Below are positions 40,950-53,203 of a stretch of DNA of 64,000 bases, piece after piece. Position 1 is the stretch's first letter. Each line of letters begins with the position of its first letter. A model generated the notes under the pieces. The model made no database searches. It was not told the origin of the DNA and worked only from the letters and a program-made list of their open reading frames with translations. The translations under genes were made by a program, and so were the position numbers. Source of the DNA: Epiperipatus broadwayi (lineage: Eukaryota > Animalia > Onychophora); contig JAQFVV010000004.1 of NCBI GenBank assembly GCA_028023455.1, forward strand, positions 4,092,001 to 4,156,000, given 5' to 3'.

Positions 40950-41138
40950 AATATATAGGTTATTTGAGTACAGACTTTCCCATGACCCACCACTACAGAC
41001 ACTATCTCATAACACTGATACACTTGAACACATATATGTTGAAAAAATAAATAATCACCAATATCAGTATCAGTGTTATGAGATAGTGTGGGTAGTGGTG
41101 GGTGGTGTGAAAGTCTGTGCTCATATATCCTATATATT
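40950..41138. repeat. Fold-back inverted repeat with tail and probable TSD
   Basis: CACTATCTCATAACACTGATAC / GTATCAGTGTTATGAGATAGTG; tail 41139-41183; TTAACCTTTTTAAT (40939) vs TTAATCTTTTTAAT (41184). Confidence 0.8.
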
Positions 41139-42572
41139 ACATATATAGACACAGGTATATAATAAGCCTGTGTGTTTTAGCTATTAATCTTTTTAATGTT
41201 CTTATTTTACATTCTTTAACTACAAAGTTTATTTATTTTAATTATTTATACTGCTAATTTTATTATTTTTTAAATCCAATATCTATTTTTATAACTTTTT
41301 AATTAAATAAAAAATATTAGCTTTTTGAATATCTAGATTTTATGAGCAAGTTTCTATGAAATATAGGATTTGCTGTATAAAAATGAATCAATGGATTTGG
41401 ATATAGCATTATTACCCGTGATCCACTAATTAGTCACCTGACAATAGGCGAGTCTTAAATTGAATAAAAAGAATTAATATTCCTAATACAACATAAATAA
41501 TAGGAATAAAAGTGTAATAGCTATCATTCATATGAACAATAATAATCAAAATAGCAACAAAAATATTTAATAATAGCAACTACAACTATAGCAAACTAGT
41601 AATAATAACAACAATGTTAAATAATATAGCAATATATATATATTCAAAAATAATTATTACTACAGTGATAAAAATAACACTAGAAATAAAATATAAACAA
41701 TTTTATGATATATATATAATTTTGATTCATCTTAATAAAAATAACACCAGATGCTTTCTTATTCTTATGTATGTTGCTTTTCTTTTTTTATTTTATTTTT
41801 ACAACTAATCAATTTAATGAGTTTAATTCACATTTTAAAAAACATAATGAAATTTTAATTTAAACAATAATAATCTTAAACTTTTGATCTAATTACAGAA
41901 TTAACTTTCATCACAACGAAAAAAAAATCTAAACATGTTTATAACGATATTATTTTTTTAAAAAAACTACATATACAGTTAAATATATGCAATTTAGGTA
42001 AAAACTAGTGTAGCTACTACATATATATATAGTTAATCAAAAGTCAATTTTTATGATTATAATGTTCTTTTATTAACTGTCATTTTTTCCTCTCCATTAA
42101 GTTAGAAGCAGCTGAGTAGCCAAGAGCCAGATACCAGCATGCATTAATAACAATACAATTTAGCCTTTATTTAGCTTTCATTTCTTTGCCATTAGTGAGA
42201 GGCTAATAAGACAACCCCTCAAGAGTACTGAATATACAAGAACTAATCAACTTTAAATCATATTAGTTAACCAGACTTGCCTCCTATCACAGACTGATTG
42301 TTTGGTAAAAAAAAAAAAGAATTTAAATACAATAAAAAATTCAAGTAATATTAATAAATGTATTGAATGTTTAGCATTTTATTATTTATTGCAAAATAAA
42401 AGTCAATGAAAGCATAGATCAATGTCTTGTTATTTGAAATACCACGTGCATAAATTTACCTGTATTAATAAATATTGGTAATAAAAATAATGCAATATTA
42501 AATGCATAGTAAATATACGACTATCCTAATGAAAACATCAAGAAAACTATCTGACAAATTTCCGTAGGATAA

Positions 42573-43497
42573 ACCACTCTCATACAAAGTAGGGAATGTT
42601 TTCTATTTACTTTTAACACCTTGTGGAGAGATGTAATCATAAACATATGATCAAAGTCATGTGAAAAAGGTCTATGATTCCCAAGATACATATTTCATAC
42701 TGAATCAGCACTCATCAGTTGGCCCAAACATTCTCTTACACATATCTTTATCATTGTTCAGTAAATATATAGATTATAAATTACTACAGTTTAATTGTAA
42801 TTATAAATTTATTTAATGCACATTGATTACGTAAGTAATATTTACTAAGACAATAAACCTAAAGCATGTGCGGTTGAAAATGCGAAGGTAGGGACCTCTA
42901 CAGGTCTTAACCACAAGCTTATGCATTCTTTTTTTCCAATGCGTAAGCTTGTGGTTAAGACCTGTAGAGGTCCCTACCTTCACATTTTCAACCGCACTTG
43001 CTTTAGGTTTATTGCCTTAGTAAATATTACAGTTTAATTGATAAATGTCAAACATGCAGCCCTCACAACTTTAACACAAATCACTTATTGAAAATATATG
43101 AATATATTTTATTAGTCACTCACAAGACTAGAGATTATCCAATAATGAATAATATTTCTGCAGGGTAATTTTCATTATACCATTCTCACACAAAATAGGG
43201 AAGGTTTTCTATCCACAATTGTTATTTATATATGTTACTGAGTAAAGATATGTGTAAGATATTATGGTCTGGGCCAATTGATGAATGCTGGTTTAGCATC
43301 AAAGGTCTATCTTGGGGATCATAGATCTTTTTCACATGTCTTTGATCATATGCTTAAGATTAAATCTCTCCACAAGATGTTAAAAGTGGATAGAAAACAT
43401 TCTCTACCTTACGTAAGAGTGATGTAAAAAAAATTACATTACAGAAATATGATTCATTATTGGATAATCTCTAGTCTAATGAGTGATTAATAAAAAT
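42573..43497. mobile_element. Family A2 hammerhead units in inverted arrangement (~360-nt unit)
   Basis: 42573-43170(-) and ~43240-43497(+) are copies of one unit; decayed hammerheads at ~42680-42722(-) and ~43274-43316(+). Confidence 0.8.
42798..43030. mobile_element. Fold-back hairpin insertion (93-bp arms) with 13-bp TSD
   Basis: Arms 42835-42927 / 42938-43030 with 4 mismatches; 37-nt tail 42798-42834; TSD TACAGTTTAATTG at 42785 and 43028. Confidence 0.88.
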
Positions 43498-43599
43498 TAT
43501 TAAATTATCTGAATTATCTCAAGAATATAGGAGGATACAGTCAGAAGACTAGCACCAAAAAAATATTGCTATTATAAATTGAATTAACATAATTAAATG

Positions 43600-45660
43600 T
43601 AATAACATTCATATAATTAGCTGTTGAGAAGGTTGTATGATGATGTTTAAGCATTCTTGAAATAAGCATAACCATTTCATTTACTTAACTGAAGAGCAGC
43701 AATTTTTTATAGTCTGTGTTTCTAATTATGTATAGGTTTAGGTGCATCATACATCTTTTATGCTATTATTCAATTTTTGAATAAACTGTATTAATGTAGA
43801 TAAATAATATTTAGGGTTTTCTCATGGCCTAATATTGTATTATAAAAAAAATTAACGGTTAAATATTACTTACTATGTTGAGACTTTTAATGCTTGGAGT
43901 TAAGTTTGTTAACGAAATCAGAAAGGCATTTAACAAATTTGAATCAATCAGCCACAACCTCCTTATATATTTTTCAATTTTAAGGACAAAAATGCTTCTT
44001 TATATTTTTACATTGTTCCAAAATGGCAGATATAAATCTGGGCAAATTTTATCACTTGTTGATACAGTTTACAGGATAATAATCAAAAATTAATCCAGTT
44101 AAAATTATTTGGTGATTGTAAGAAGTTTATCAAATTTAATTTTCAAAAATAAATTTATTTTCAAATCATCAAGTTTCATTTGCATATTACTATTTATCAT
44201 CATTTTTTTTTCTCACTAAATGAGAAGAGATTTAAAAAATGTAAAATAAAATCTTTAGATAAATCATGAAAACAACATTGAAACGATTCTTGCAATAATT
44301 GAATATTGTGATATATTTTGTAAAATGAATACTATTCTCAGCATATTTATTTTGTTGTTTTAAGTGCAGAAACTGGTCAAATTTTTGTTTTCTACTTGAT
44401 TTCAACTTGAATGTATTATTATTGTTTACTGATCTACAAAACAATTATTCTTGTCTTACAGTTTCAGATTTGGATTATTGAGATGACTGGTTACATCATC
44501 TAAGAATACCAAACTAAATAGCCATTTATTATTACATACAAAAAGCTATTTCCTGTAGTAGCTCATGTTTTTTTTTTTTTAAAAAAACCATGAATAAAAG
44601 TTTTTAGTTTCCGAAATTCACTTTAAACATATTCATTTAGAGCAGGAGTGGATATTTTTTCCGCTAAGAGCCATTTGGATCTTTATAATCTTATTCATGG
44701 GTCACACAAAATTGTTGACTTAAAAATTAGCCCACTGTATTTGATCAAAAATTTAATTAATTTATCTTTAATCATTAACATTGGGCAACCTTTTCAACTG
44801 GAGGGCCAGTTTCAACTTTTCCATTTTAAATGAGGATCATAATTTTTTTTGTATTAAAAATAAAGTAATATCATCATTATTAATAACTGTTCCAGATTTG
44901 ATTGCAATTTTTCCAATTTGCCTTGAATCTAACTTCATAGCATATATTCTCAAATTACTTTTTATGTTAAAAACAAGGCAAAACTCTCCATACAGTAGTG
45001 CCACCCTGTGCCAACCAGAATAATCAATGGATGCCAGAAGGCTTGTGCATAAAATCCCTATCCAATGCCTACTCATCCAATATACCCAGACTAGTTTCTG
45101 GCTTGTGGCCTTCATCAGTGAGGAGCTTTGGATCTGAGAGCACTGCACCTAGATCTTAGGATCTAATGCAACCCTCCAGTAACCACCTTTTATCTCTACT
45201 TAACTATAAAACTATGAGAATGAAATTGAAAACACAAAAATGTTTGCAATCTAAGCTAAATCGCTTATATAGTCATATGGGTCTGAACTCAGTTCAGCAT
45301 CCATATATTTTGGTGTCTTTGGCTCTTTAACAACCATAGCCACCACTATCCTATTAGGCAGGATTGGTGTTAAACCATTAAGCATCACATGATCACCATC
45401 TCTTATACTAGCACATATTTGTTTATAAACAAATATGTGCTAGTATAAGAGATGGTGATCATGTGATACTTTTTTATGTTCTGGTCAAATTAATTCTACA
45501 GCAGCTAAGATGCAATCTTCTATAAACTTTACTTCAGAAAATGGTTTTGAATTTTCTCCTTTTTTTGTGAAATAACTTACTCTCATAGAATATTCTGATT
45601 TGTTTGTAATTTATATAAAACATATCAACTACTTGATGAAACTCCTTTTCAAGTTTTCTA
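43600..45660 (-). pseudogene. Highly decayed Penelope-like RT interrupted by a family B insertion
   Basis: Minus-strand remnants RSVNNNNTFKL, FAQIYICHF and FVNKLNSKH, in the order expected for PLE RT. Confidence 0.45.
44969..45466 (-). mobile_element. Full family B hammerhead unit (457 nt) with terminal fold-back
   Basis: Hammerhead CCTCA-CTGATGA-AGGCCACAAGCCA-GAAA-CTAGTC-TGGG at 45085-45123(-); perfect 84-bp palindrome 45384-45467; TSD TACTTTTT(T)ATGTT at 44956 and 45467. Confidence 0.85.
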
Positions 45661-45675
45661 TTGTAATACTTTTTT

Positions 45676-45730
45676 AAGCCAATAAACATCACATGATCAC
45701 ATGATGGCAATACATATAGAAAGTTTTGCC
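45676..45730. mobile_element. 55-bp family B mini-insertion
   Basis: Inverted tail piece joined to the unit 3' end; TSD TGTAATACTTTTTT at 45662 and 45731. Confidence 0.75.
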
Positions 45731-47981
45731 TGTAATACTTTTTTCTAATAATTTGTTGTAATCACAATCTTGGATAAATAATGTCTCTTAATAATCTGTT
45801 TTTTTAACTGAAATATTTTCTGGACATATCAGGCATATCGATTTACTATCTCTTTCTATATATGTATATATAAAAATACATTAATCCACTTTTCGAATAC
45901 ATTATTTTTTTGTAACAATTTTCTTTATCTTATTCTATGTACCAATCTAATAAAAAACATGCAAAATAATAATAATAATAAAATAAAGTAAAATTTAAGT
46001 TTTATTTTTACTAGTTATATGTTCATCTGTTAAAATCACTATAAAAACAAAGAAAATGCTTTCAGCATTATAGATTAAATCTGTAGTTAGGTTGATCACA
46101 TAATATAATTTGTTAGAATATTGCATCTATAATAGAATAAAGTAGAGTTATTATAAATCTTGAAGAGAGAAAAAGATGTAGTTGAGAAAATATTTCACTT
46201 AACTCTTAATATTTGCATGGATATTTGCACTGCACTATGTGCATATTAAAATAGAAGTATTATTCAGTCTATTTTATATTTATTTGTTAAAATGTCTGGG
46301 GACTGCATTGAGAGTTTTTGAGGATGAAATTATCATATTCCGTACTTAATATTTCACAAAATTTTCTAAATTATTGTTTATTTAATTCTTTTGTTCTACA
46401 TGTTAACAGTTAATACCATAACTTGATGTAAATTTAATGTTTTTCATACAATGAGGGTGTTCTAAAAAGTTTTCAAATAATTATTTAGTCCTAGTGGTTT
46501 TACAAATTATTGATTGAGTTCTATCATTGCAAACAATCATGAGTTTATTCAAAGTAAAATTTAGCTTTGGAATTTCTAATTACAATTATATTTTGTCAAA
46601 TATGTCAGATTCTCTTATTTTATTCTAAAATCATTCAAAACCAATAAGTTTTTTAAAGATTCTAAAATTGTCATCAATTACTCTTATAAAAATTCTTAAT
46701 TGTTCTATATGGTATTAGTTCATCCTAAAACAAAAAAAATTAAAAGCATAGATATTTTTCAGTTGACACATTATCAGAGAGAGCTTTTCATTGCAACTCA
46801 TAATTTTCTTAATTCTGGCAATTTCATATTTTCTTTTTTCAATATTTATTATCACTGAGGTATCTTGCAAATAGGTGGACACAAAGCTCAATAATCTCTT
46901 CTCCACTAAAAAAAGGTTTCCATTTTTTGTTAAAGGTAAATCAATTTTATAATATACTTCTGACATTGCTGAATCCTCACAATTTTTTTTTTAAAAAAAA
47001 TATTTTGTCTTTGTCTGAAAATTTGTGCTGGGATGTGTTTTAGCTGTAAATATATGTTGAACAATTTTCATAATCTAATATTAATTGTTAAATGTCTTTA
47101 ATCAAACCTTATTTAAACTTTTAAAATATATTCTATTAGTAATAATAGCATAAGTTTTAAGTAGTGTAATTATTTTCTCTTCATCAGATGATGTTGACTT
47201 GATCAGTAACATTACTAGTATAAGAATTGAATCAGGGATTTATAAACTTATAAATATTGAAATAAAAGTCATGCCCTAATCAACTAAAATGTTCTGCCTT
47301 CAACAGAGTAGCCTGGGTGGTCACAGCCTAATTTAGTATAGATTTAAATATCCCTAGTTCAATTTCCATGCAAGTTATCTGACTGTTTGGACCAGAAATG
47401 ACTGAGGAAGAGAGGAGAATAAAACCATTTAAAAAGTTGTGTTATATACAAACCTGTATGCTATTACTAACAGTAAAATATATTTGAAAAATTTAAGTAA
47501 AGATTTAAATTTTATAGTCACTTAATATTTAATATTTTGTCTTTTCTTAATTTTTCCTTTTTTTATCTAAAACACACATCTTTCCATAATTTGGACTCAT
47601 GTAATGGATCTTGGAGTAATATTTTTATAAAAACTCAGTTTTTTTTTTTCCACAATACACAATCATGGCTTTTAGATTCATCTTTTCTATCTATACATTT
47701 AATAAATAAAGCTTTTAAAATTATGGGGGTGATTTCCTGGCATGGTGGACAATTTACTAATGCTATAAAGCATAAATTGTTTCTATTTTTGCTCTGCCTA
47801 TTTTGAAATAAGAATCTATTGTTTGGAATCTCGTTTGAAACCTAAATTCTAAATGAGATTTTATAAGAATTCAATTAGTCTATGGTAATTTTTAAAAATA
47901 CATTAAGTTAAATAATCATTATATATTTATATATGTTAGAAGAAAGATCAGAAGTTTTAAATTTTAAAATAAACAAAATCT

Positions 47982-48259
47982 CAAGATGTGATATGTTGGA
48001 CTATTTCCATCATTTATGAGTGAATGTTGAATGCGCAGAAAATTTTAAACTTTATTTAAACTTTCCAAATACAAACAACTTGTTAGTAATAACACACAAA
48101 TAGACAATACAGGTTAGTGTTATTACTAACAAGTTCTTTGTATTCAGAAAGTTTAAATAAAGTTTAAAATTTTCTGTACATTCAACATTCACTCATAAAT
48201 GATGGAAATAGTCCAACATATCACATCTTGTAATATACCATCATTATAAACCTTTAGAC
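47982..48259. mobile_element. Fold-back hairpin (114-bp arms) made of tRNA-SINE 3' sequence, with 14-bp TSD
   Basis: Arms 47982-48095 / 48117-48230; tail 48231-48259; TSD AAACAAAATCTCAA at 47971 and 48260; arm resembles 20858-20947. Confidence 0.85.
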
Positions 48260-48588
48260 AAACAAAATCTCAAATATTAAAATTAATAGTTGTTTACATA
48301 AATACACACATCTAATTTATTTTATATTAATGTTTGTCACTCTAACATATTAATATCTTCATTTTTGTTTCATTTGCCTAACACTTATAATCAAGATTTT
48401 AGTAGTGAAAATATTTTTATATTATATTTTAAAAAATTTGTTACTAATCTTACAAGGGAATATGGCATATAGACGTATTAGTAATTTGATATTTATACTT
48501 GCTTATTTAAGTTACTGAATATTAATTATGGTACAATTCTGTAAATGGTTTTTTGCTGTAGTTTTGTATGGTAAATAAAATGAATTGA

Positions 48589-48733
<145 letters not shown>

Positions 48734-48939
48734 TCATTGTCTTTGGTTGTTATCGTTAATATTATTATTATAATTATGATATTATTATTATTTATAATTC
48801 AAAAAATATCTATGATATATATATATTTGTTTCTAATTACAGTAATTTAAAATGTTACTATTATTAGTAAATGTATAGAAAGATTTAAAACATTATAGAT
48901 CTAATGGTTTACTTATAATTATATGTTATACTGTTTCCA

Positions 48940-49200
48940 TCATTTAGTTGAGTAGAATATCGTTTTAAATTTAATATTTACAAATCTACCCCCCAGGTTT
49001 GATTCCCATAATAATACTGTCACTGGTCTGGCCAGCAATACTTAAAGAAAAGAGTAAAACCATTCAAATCATTGTATTATTTACTTACCTGCATTATATA
49101 TTAACAATTTAATATATTTGATAAGCTTAAATAAAATATTGAATATTTTAAAGATATATTACTATTAAACAATGAGGATTACCAATTCCTTAACAAGCTT
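48940..49200 (+). mobile_element. Diverged tRNA-derived SINE copy
   Basis: TAGTTGAGTAGAA..GGTTTGATTCCCA..GTCACTGGTCTGGCCAGCAA matches the SINE at 20850-21092. Confidence 0.6.
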
Positions 49201-50584
49201 TGTGATAAATGCTTAGCCAGAGAAAGCATTTAAAATATCTCTGTCAGGACCATCCCCAAACCCCTGACCATGGTTTCATGCTTTGGCACTCCTCAGAGAG
49301 GCGCTAAAATTGAGATGGACCCCTCTTTTTTTCACACATCAGAATTGGGGTGGATCACTTATTTTTAATATATTTCTATTAATTTAAATAGGAAATAAAA
49401 TTTAATAAAAAAAAAAAAAAATTTTTTTAAAAAAAAAAACACTTTCAAATAACAATATTTCAAGAAAAAATCATCAATCACTGCTGGACATACAGAAGGT
49501 ATAAGATAAAATTAACATTATTATAACATTATTAATATTATTTTATGTGTGTGTTGTTATATATATTTCGACAAATAAATAGATAGCATGATAAATGCAT
49601 AAAATGAACCTTCAATTAAGATGTTAAAAGAGTTTTAAAGATTCTTAATTAATTGTTTTCTATGGAACAAAAGTGATTTTGCTTTTTAAAAGCCAAACAG
49701 ATCAATAATCATATCTTCTCCAGAATCATGGGATTCTGCCTGCTCAGTTCCATCTGATGACTTTATGAATAAGCAGATTAGAAAAACATGAAAAGACATT
49801 AAACATTTCCACGATTACCAAGAAATGCTTTGGATTACTGATACATTAAAGTCTGTGCTTTGATTCATTTTATTAATAAGTAAGGATAAATAATGTCATT
49901 ATTTACTGCTTGTCCTATTTAACTAAGAATATTGCCATCTTTAATGAAAATTAATAATTCATGCTGCTTAAGAAACTTTTAACATTACAATTCAAAAGAA
50001 AGTAATTTATATTAATGGGTAGCTTTTTCTAACTAATGATATACGAAACAACTATTATATACACTTAAATTAAAAGATTGAAATTATAGTATTTGTTAAT
50101 AAAAATGTAATATATATATATATTGTATACTCTAATTTTATGACCATTACAAATATATATAAATATATTTGTAAAAGTCATAATATATATATATATATTT
50201 GTAAAAGTCATAAAATTAGAGTATATAGCAAATAGCATTGCACATAGATATTGAGTCAACGATTAATAAATACTATTTATTTACTTTTATTGCAATATTC
50301 AATTACATTTTTGTATTAAAGTACCTTTTAGTAAACATGGATGCTTTATTCAAATCATAAAAGTGGCTTAAATTTTCTTTTTTCTTCTAAAATACTTTCC
50401 AGTGGTGCAATATGAAATATACATCAAAGATTATTAGCAGTATTGCATCTTCACAATGAAAATCTAAAAAAATTTTGTGCAAATTTGAGAATCTAAAAAA
50501 TTATATGCAAATCCTTTTTATATTATAATGTTTTAATTCCCTTACATTTTGCTCCAATGGAAAAGATATATTACATCTAGGATT

Positions 50585-50870
50585 AAACCACTAAACATCA
50601 CATGATCACTATTTCTTATACTTGTTCATAAAAAACAGGCAAAACTCTCCATACAGTAATGCCACTCAGGGTTGAATTAGATCCTAAAATCTAGATGCAG
50701 TGCTCTCAGATCCGAGGCTCCTAACTGATGAAAGCCACAAGCTAGAAACTAGTCTGGGAATATTGGCTGAGTAGGCACTAGATAGGGATTTTATGCACAA
50801 GCCTTTTGGCATTCTTGATAACTCTGGCTTGCACTGAGTAACATTACTGTATAAAGAGTTTTGCCTGTTT
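50585..50870 (+). mobile_element. Family B hammerhead unit with inverted 5' segment
   Basis: Hammerhead TCCTAA-CTGATGA-AAGCCACAAGCTA-GAAA-CTAGTC-TGGGA 50719-50759; inverted segment 50585-50668; TSD TTACATCTAGGATT at 50571 and 50871. Confidence 0.85.
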
Positions 50871-51286
50871 TTACATCTAGGATTCATACATGATAGATTT
50901 CTATGAGTGAACATTATGAATATTCTTATACTCTTGTACCTTCTTAAATTGGCATCAGTATACCAAATTACGCAATAATTTAAAGCATAATCAGTATATA
51001 CAACGTTAAAGTTAGTATTCATAATAAGTTTTATATTTCATATAAACAAACTATCTATCCATCTATCTATGCACATGTATTTAAGTATGTAATCACACAC
51101 ATAGCCTAGTGGTAAATTGATAAAATTAATAGTTAAAGATTTTTGGATTGATTTCCAACTGAAAAAAGTGAAAAAAAAAACTTTGACCAAAATTATGAAA
51201 CGGTTGTGCTTATGTGTTTAACCATCATGTGTTAAGCCAAACAGCTGATCATATATTTTTATATATGGTATAGACATATGTTTACA

Positions 51287-51289
<3 letters not shown>

Positions 51290-51333
<44 letters not shown>
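51290..51333. repeat. (TA)n microsatellite (LTR element target site)
   Basis: Direct inspection. Confidence 0.95.
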
Positions 51334-51336
<3 letters not shown>

Positions 51337-53188
51337 AATGGAAATAAAAGATCAAAGGTAAATTTCCTTTTATTTATATATAATACAGATTCTTAATTTC
51401 AAAATTGTCCACCTTCCATTACCGCAAGCAAAGAGAACATATGGACATAAACGAATCTATATCCATACTTGACCGAACCTGTGACAATATGGATATTGCC
51501 CCAAAGGTTATTTTTCCCGGTCAAACATCTCTCGACTGCTGTAATTATTAAAGAATTACAGCGCTTGGATAATTTATAAATTAAATGGGATCAAGAATAC
51601 TGCACCACTAGCCTCACATGTTACTTAGTACTCAAAATGGAGTAATAATTATAACCCAAACCCCTCCGGGTATATTAACTGTCTGGAATGGTGAAGAACG
51701 AGATGAAACAGATAAAATAATTAAGGAATATTTAATATAATAAATAAACAACAAAAAAAGAAATCAATTGAAATATTTACATACAATAAAAAAATCATTG
51801 GATATAATGCTATGATTAAATGTATGGTTTCAATTCTATAAATGATTATAATCTACGAAAATAAATTATCCATTTATAGTCATCATTCCAAGTATTAGAA
51901 AGAGTTTAATTATTGTCTATATCATTAATATCTGGAATTTGCAATTGCTTTAAATCAAAAGTATGTGCACATATGTTCTATATAGGTATGATATGTAATT
52001 TACCTAGGTTTTTCTTCGTCTCTGATATGAGTTAAGGTCCTGCTGACCGTCACATGGAATTCCTCCACTTCTTTAGCAGGGAACGGTCGCTCTTAGATTG
52101 GACTTGGTTTGTGGAATTTCTTCTTATTCGTAGTAACTTCTCCATACTAGGACATCAAGGGCATGGCAGGCACATCATCAGGCAGGTGCTACATTGGCAG
52201 TTGTTACATGGTGAAGGTGACTGTTCGAGCACAGTGAGTCTGAATTGGCCAGCGATCATGATGGCCCTTAGCCACACATTCTGGAAGCTTCACTTATGTT
52301 GTAAATCATTTTCCTGTTCATACAGTGTTCAGTTTCTTCATCGAGGTCCTTCCACTCAGCTTCTGGGTTTTTTTTCTTTTTAAAAATTTAAAGGATTTTC
52401 ATGTCTGCTTTCTACTTTATTCTCATCTGCTTATTATCAGAGCAGTGCCCTTACCGAAGTCTCTACATGAACTCTCCTTTTATAATTAATTAATTAATAT
52501 TGTTTTTTTTTTTCAAATTCTTTCATTATCTTGATCCTTTTGTTTGTAGCTTTCCATTCACACCTTTCACTTTAAGATGCCTTCAGCAACTTATACAAAT
52601 TTACTTTTTCATACAATTTCATAGCAATATTTTAAATTTATTTCTTATTTATTTTCTTTTCCTTTTAATAAAATAATTTTTTTTATAAAATTATTTTCAT
52701 TTGACATGCATTAAACATTGATGTCTTTATACATACTTTCACACATGCATTTTGTTTTTTGTCAAAATGTGTACTTTTTTGGAATAGATCTTTATCTTTT
52801 GTCATGTTTTAAATTCTATTTCTAATCTTATTTAAACTCCTCAAATTTTTTACTTTTTTCTTATAAATCATTTTTTAGTTCCTATTTCGTTCATATTTCC
52901 TTTCTCACTTTTGATTTTAAACCAAATATATGATTTCAATATTTTCTAACTTTACCTCTTATATTTTCAAAATATACACTTTGGAGAGTAAAAGATACGA
53001 ATCTTGTTTGATTCCATTTCCCTTGCTTTCATTTCATTACGGTAATAAATTGCAACATTATCTTTCTTCATTGGTTAAATTATTTTATTTATTTGTTTTT
53101 TCTTTCTATTTCGAAAAGAAAACTACAATATTTAATATTATTAAATATATACATGTGTGATCGCATTATGTGCGATCATCACATTACA

Positions 53189-53203
53189 CTGTTCCTTCCT
53201 TCC
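53189..53203 (-). promoter_or_regulatory. Polypurine tract
   Basis: Minus strand GGAAGGAAGGAACAG just upstream of the 3' LTR. Confidence 0.65.

Noticed and set aside
40829-41152. Two opposite-strand ORFs with similar peptides
   Set aside because: Artefact of the inverted repeat
42945-42980. AAGACC-TGTAGA-GGTC stem resembling hammerhead stem II
   Set aside because: Lacks both the CUGANGA and GAAA core elements
46448-46475. Mariner-like TIR start (GAGGGTGTTCTAAAAAGTTT)
   Set aside because: No matching opposite TIR or transposase found
46715-46966. 83-aa minus-strand ORF
   Set aside because: No recognisable motif or convincing splice context; probably a TE remnant or chance ORF
50732-50744. 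Apparent compensatory change GGC/GCC to AGC/GCT in family B stem II
   Set aside because: Equally explained by CpG decay plus one substitution; not counted as covariation
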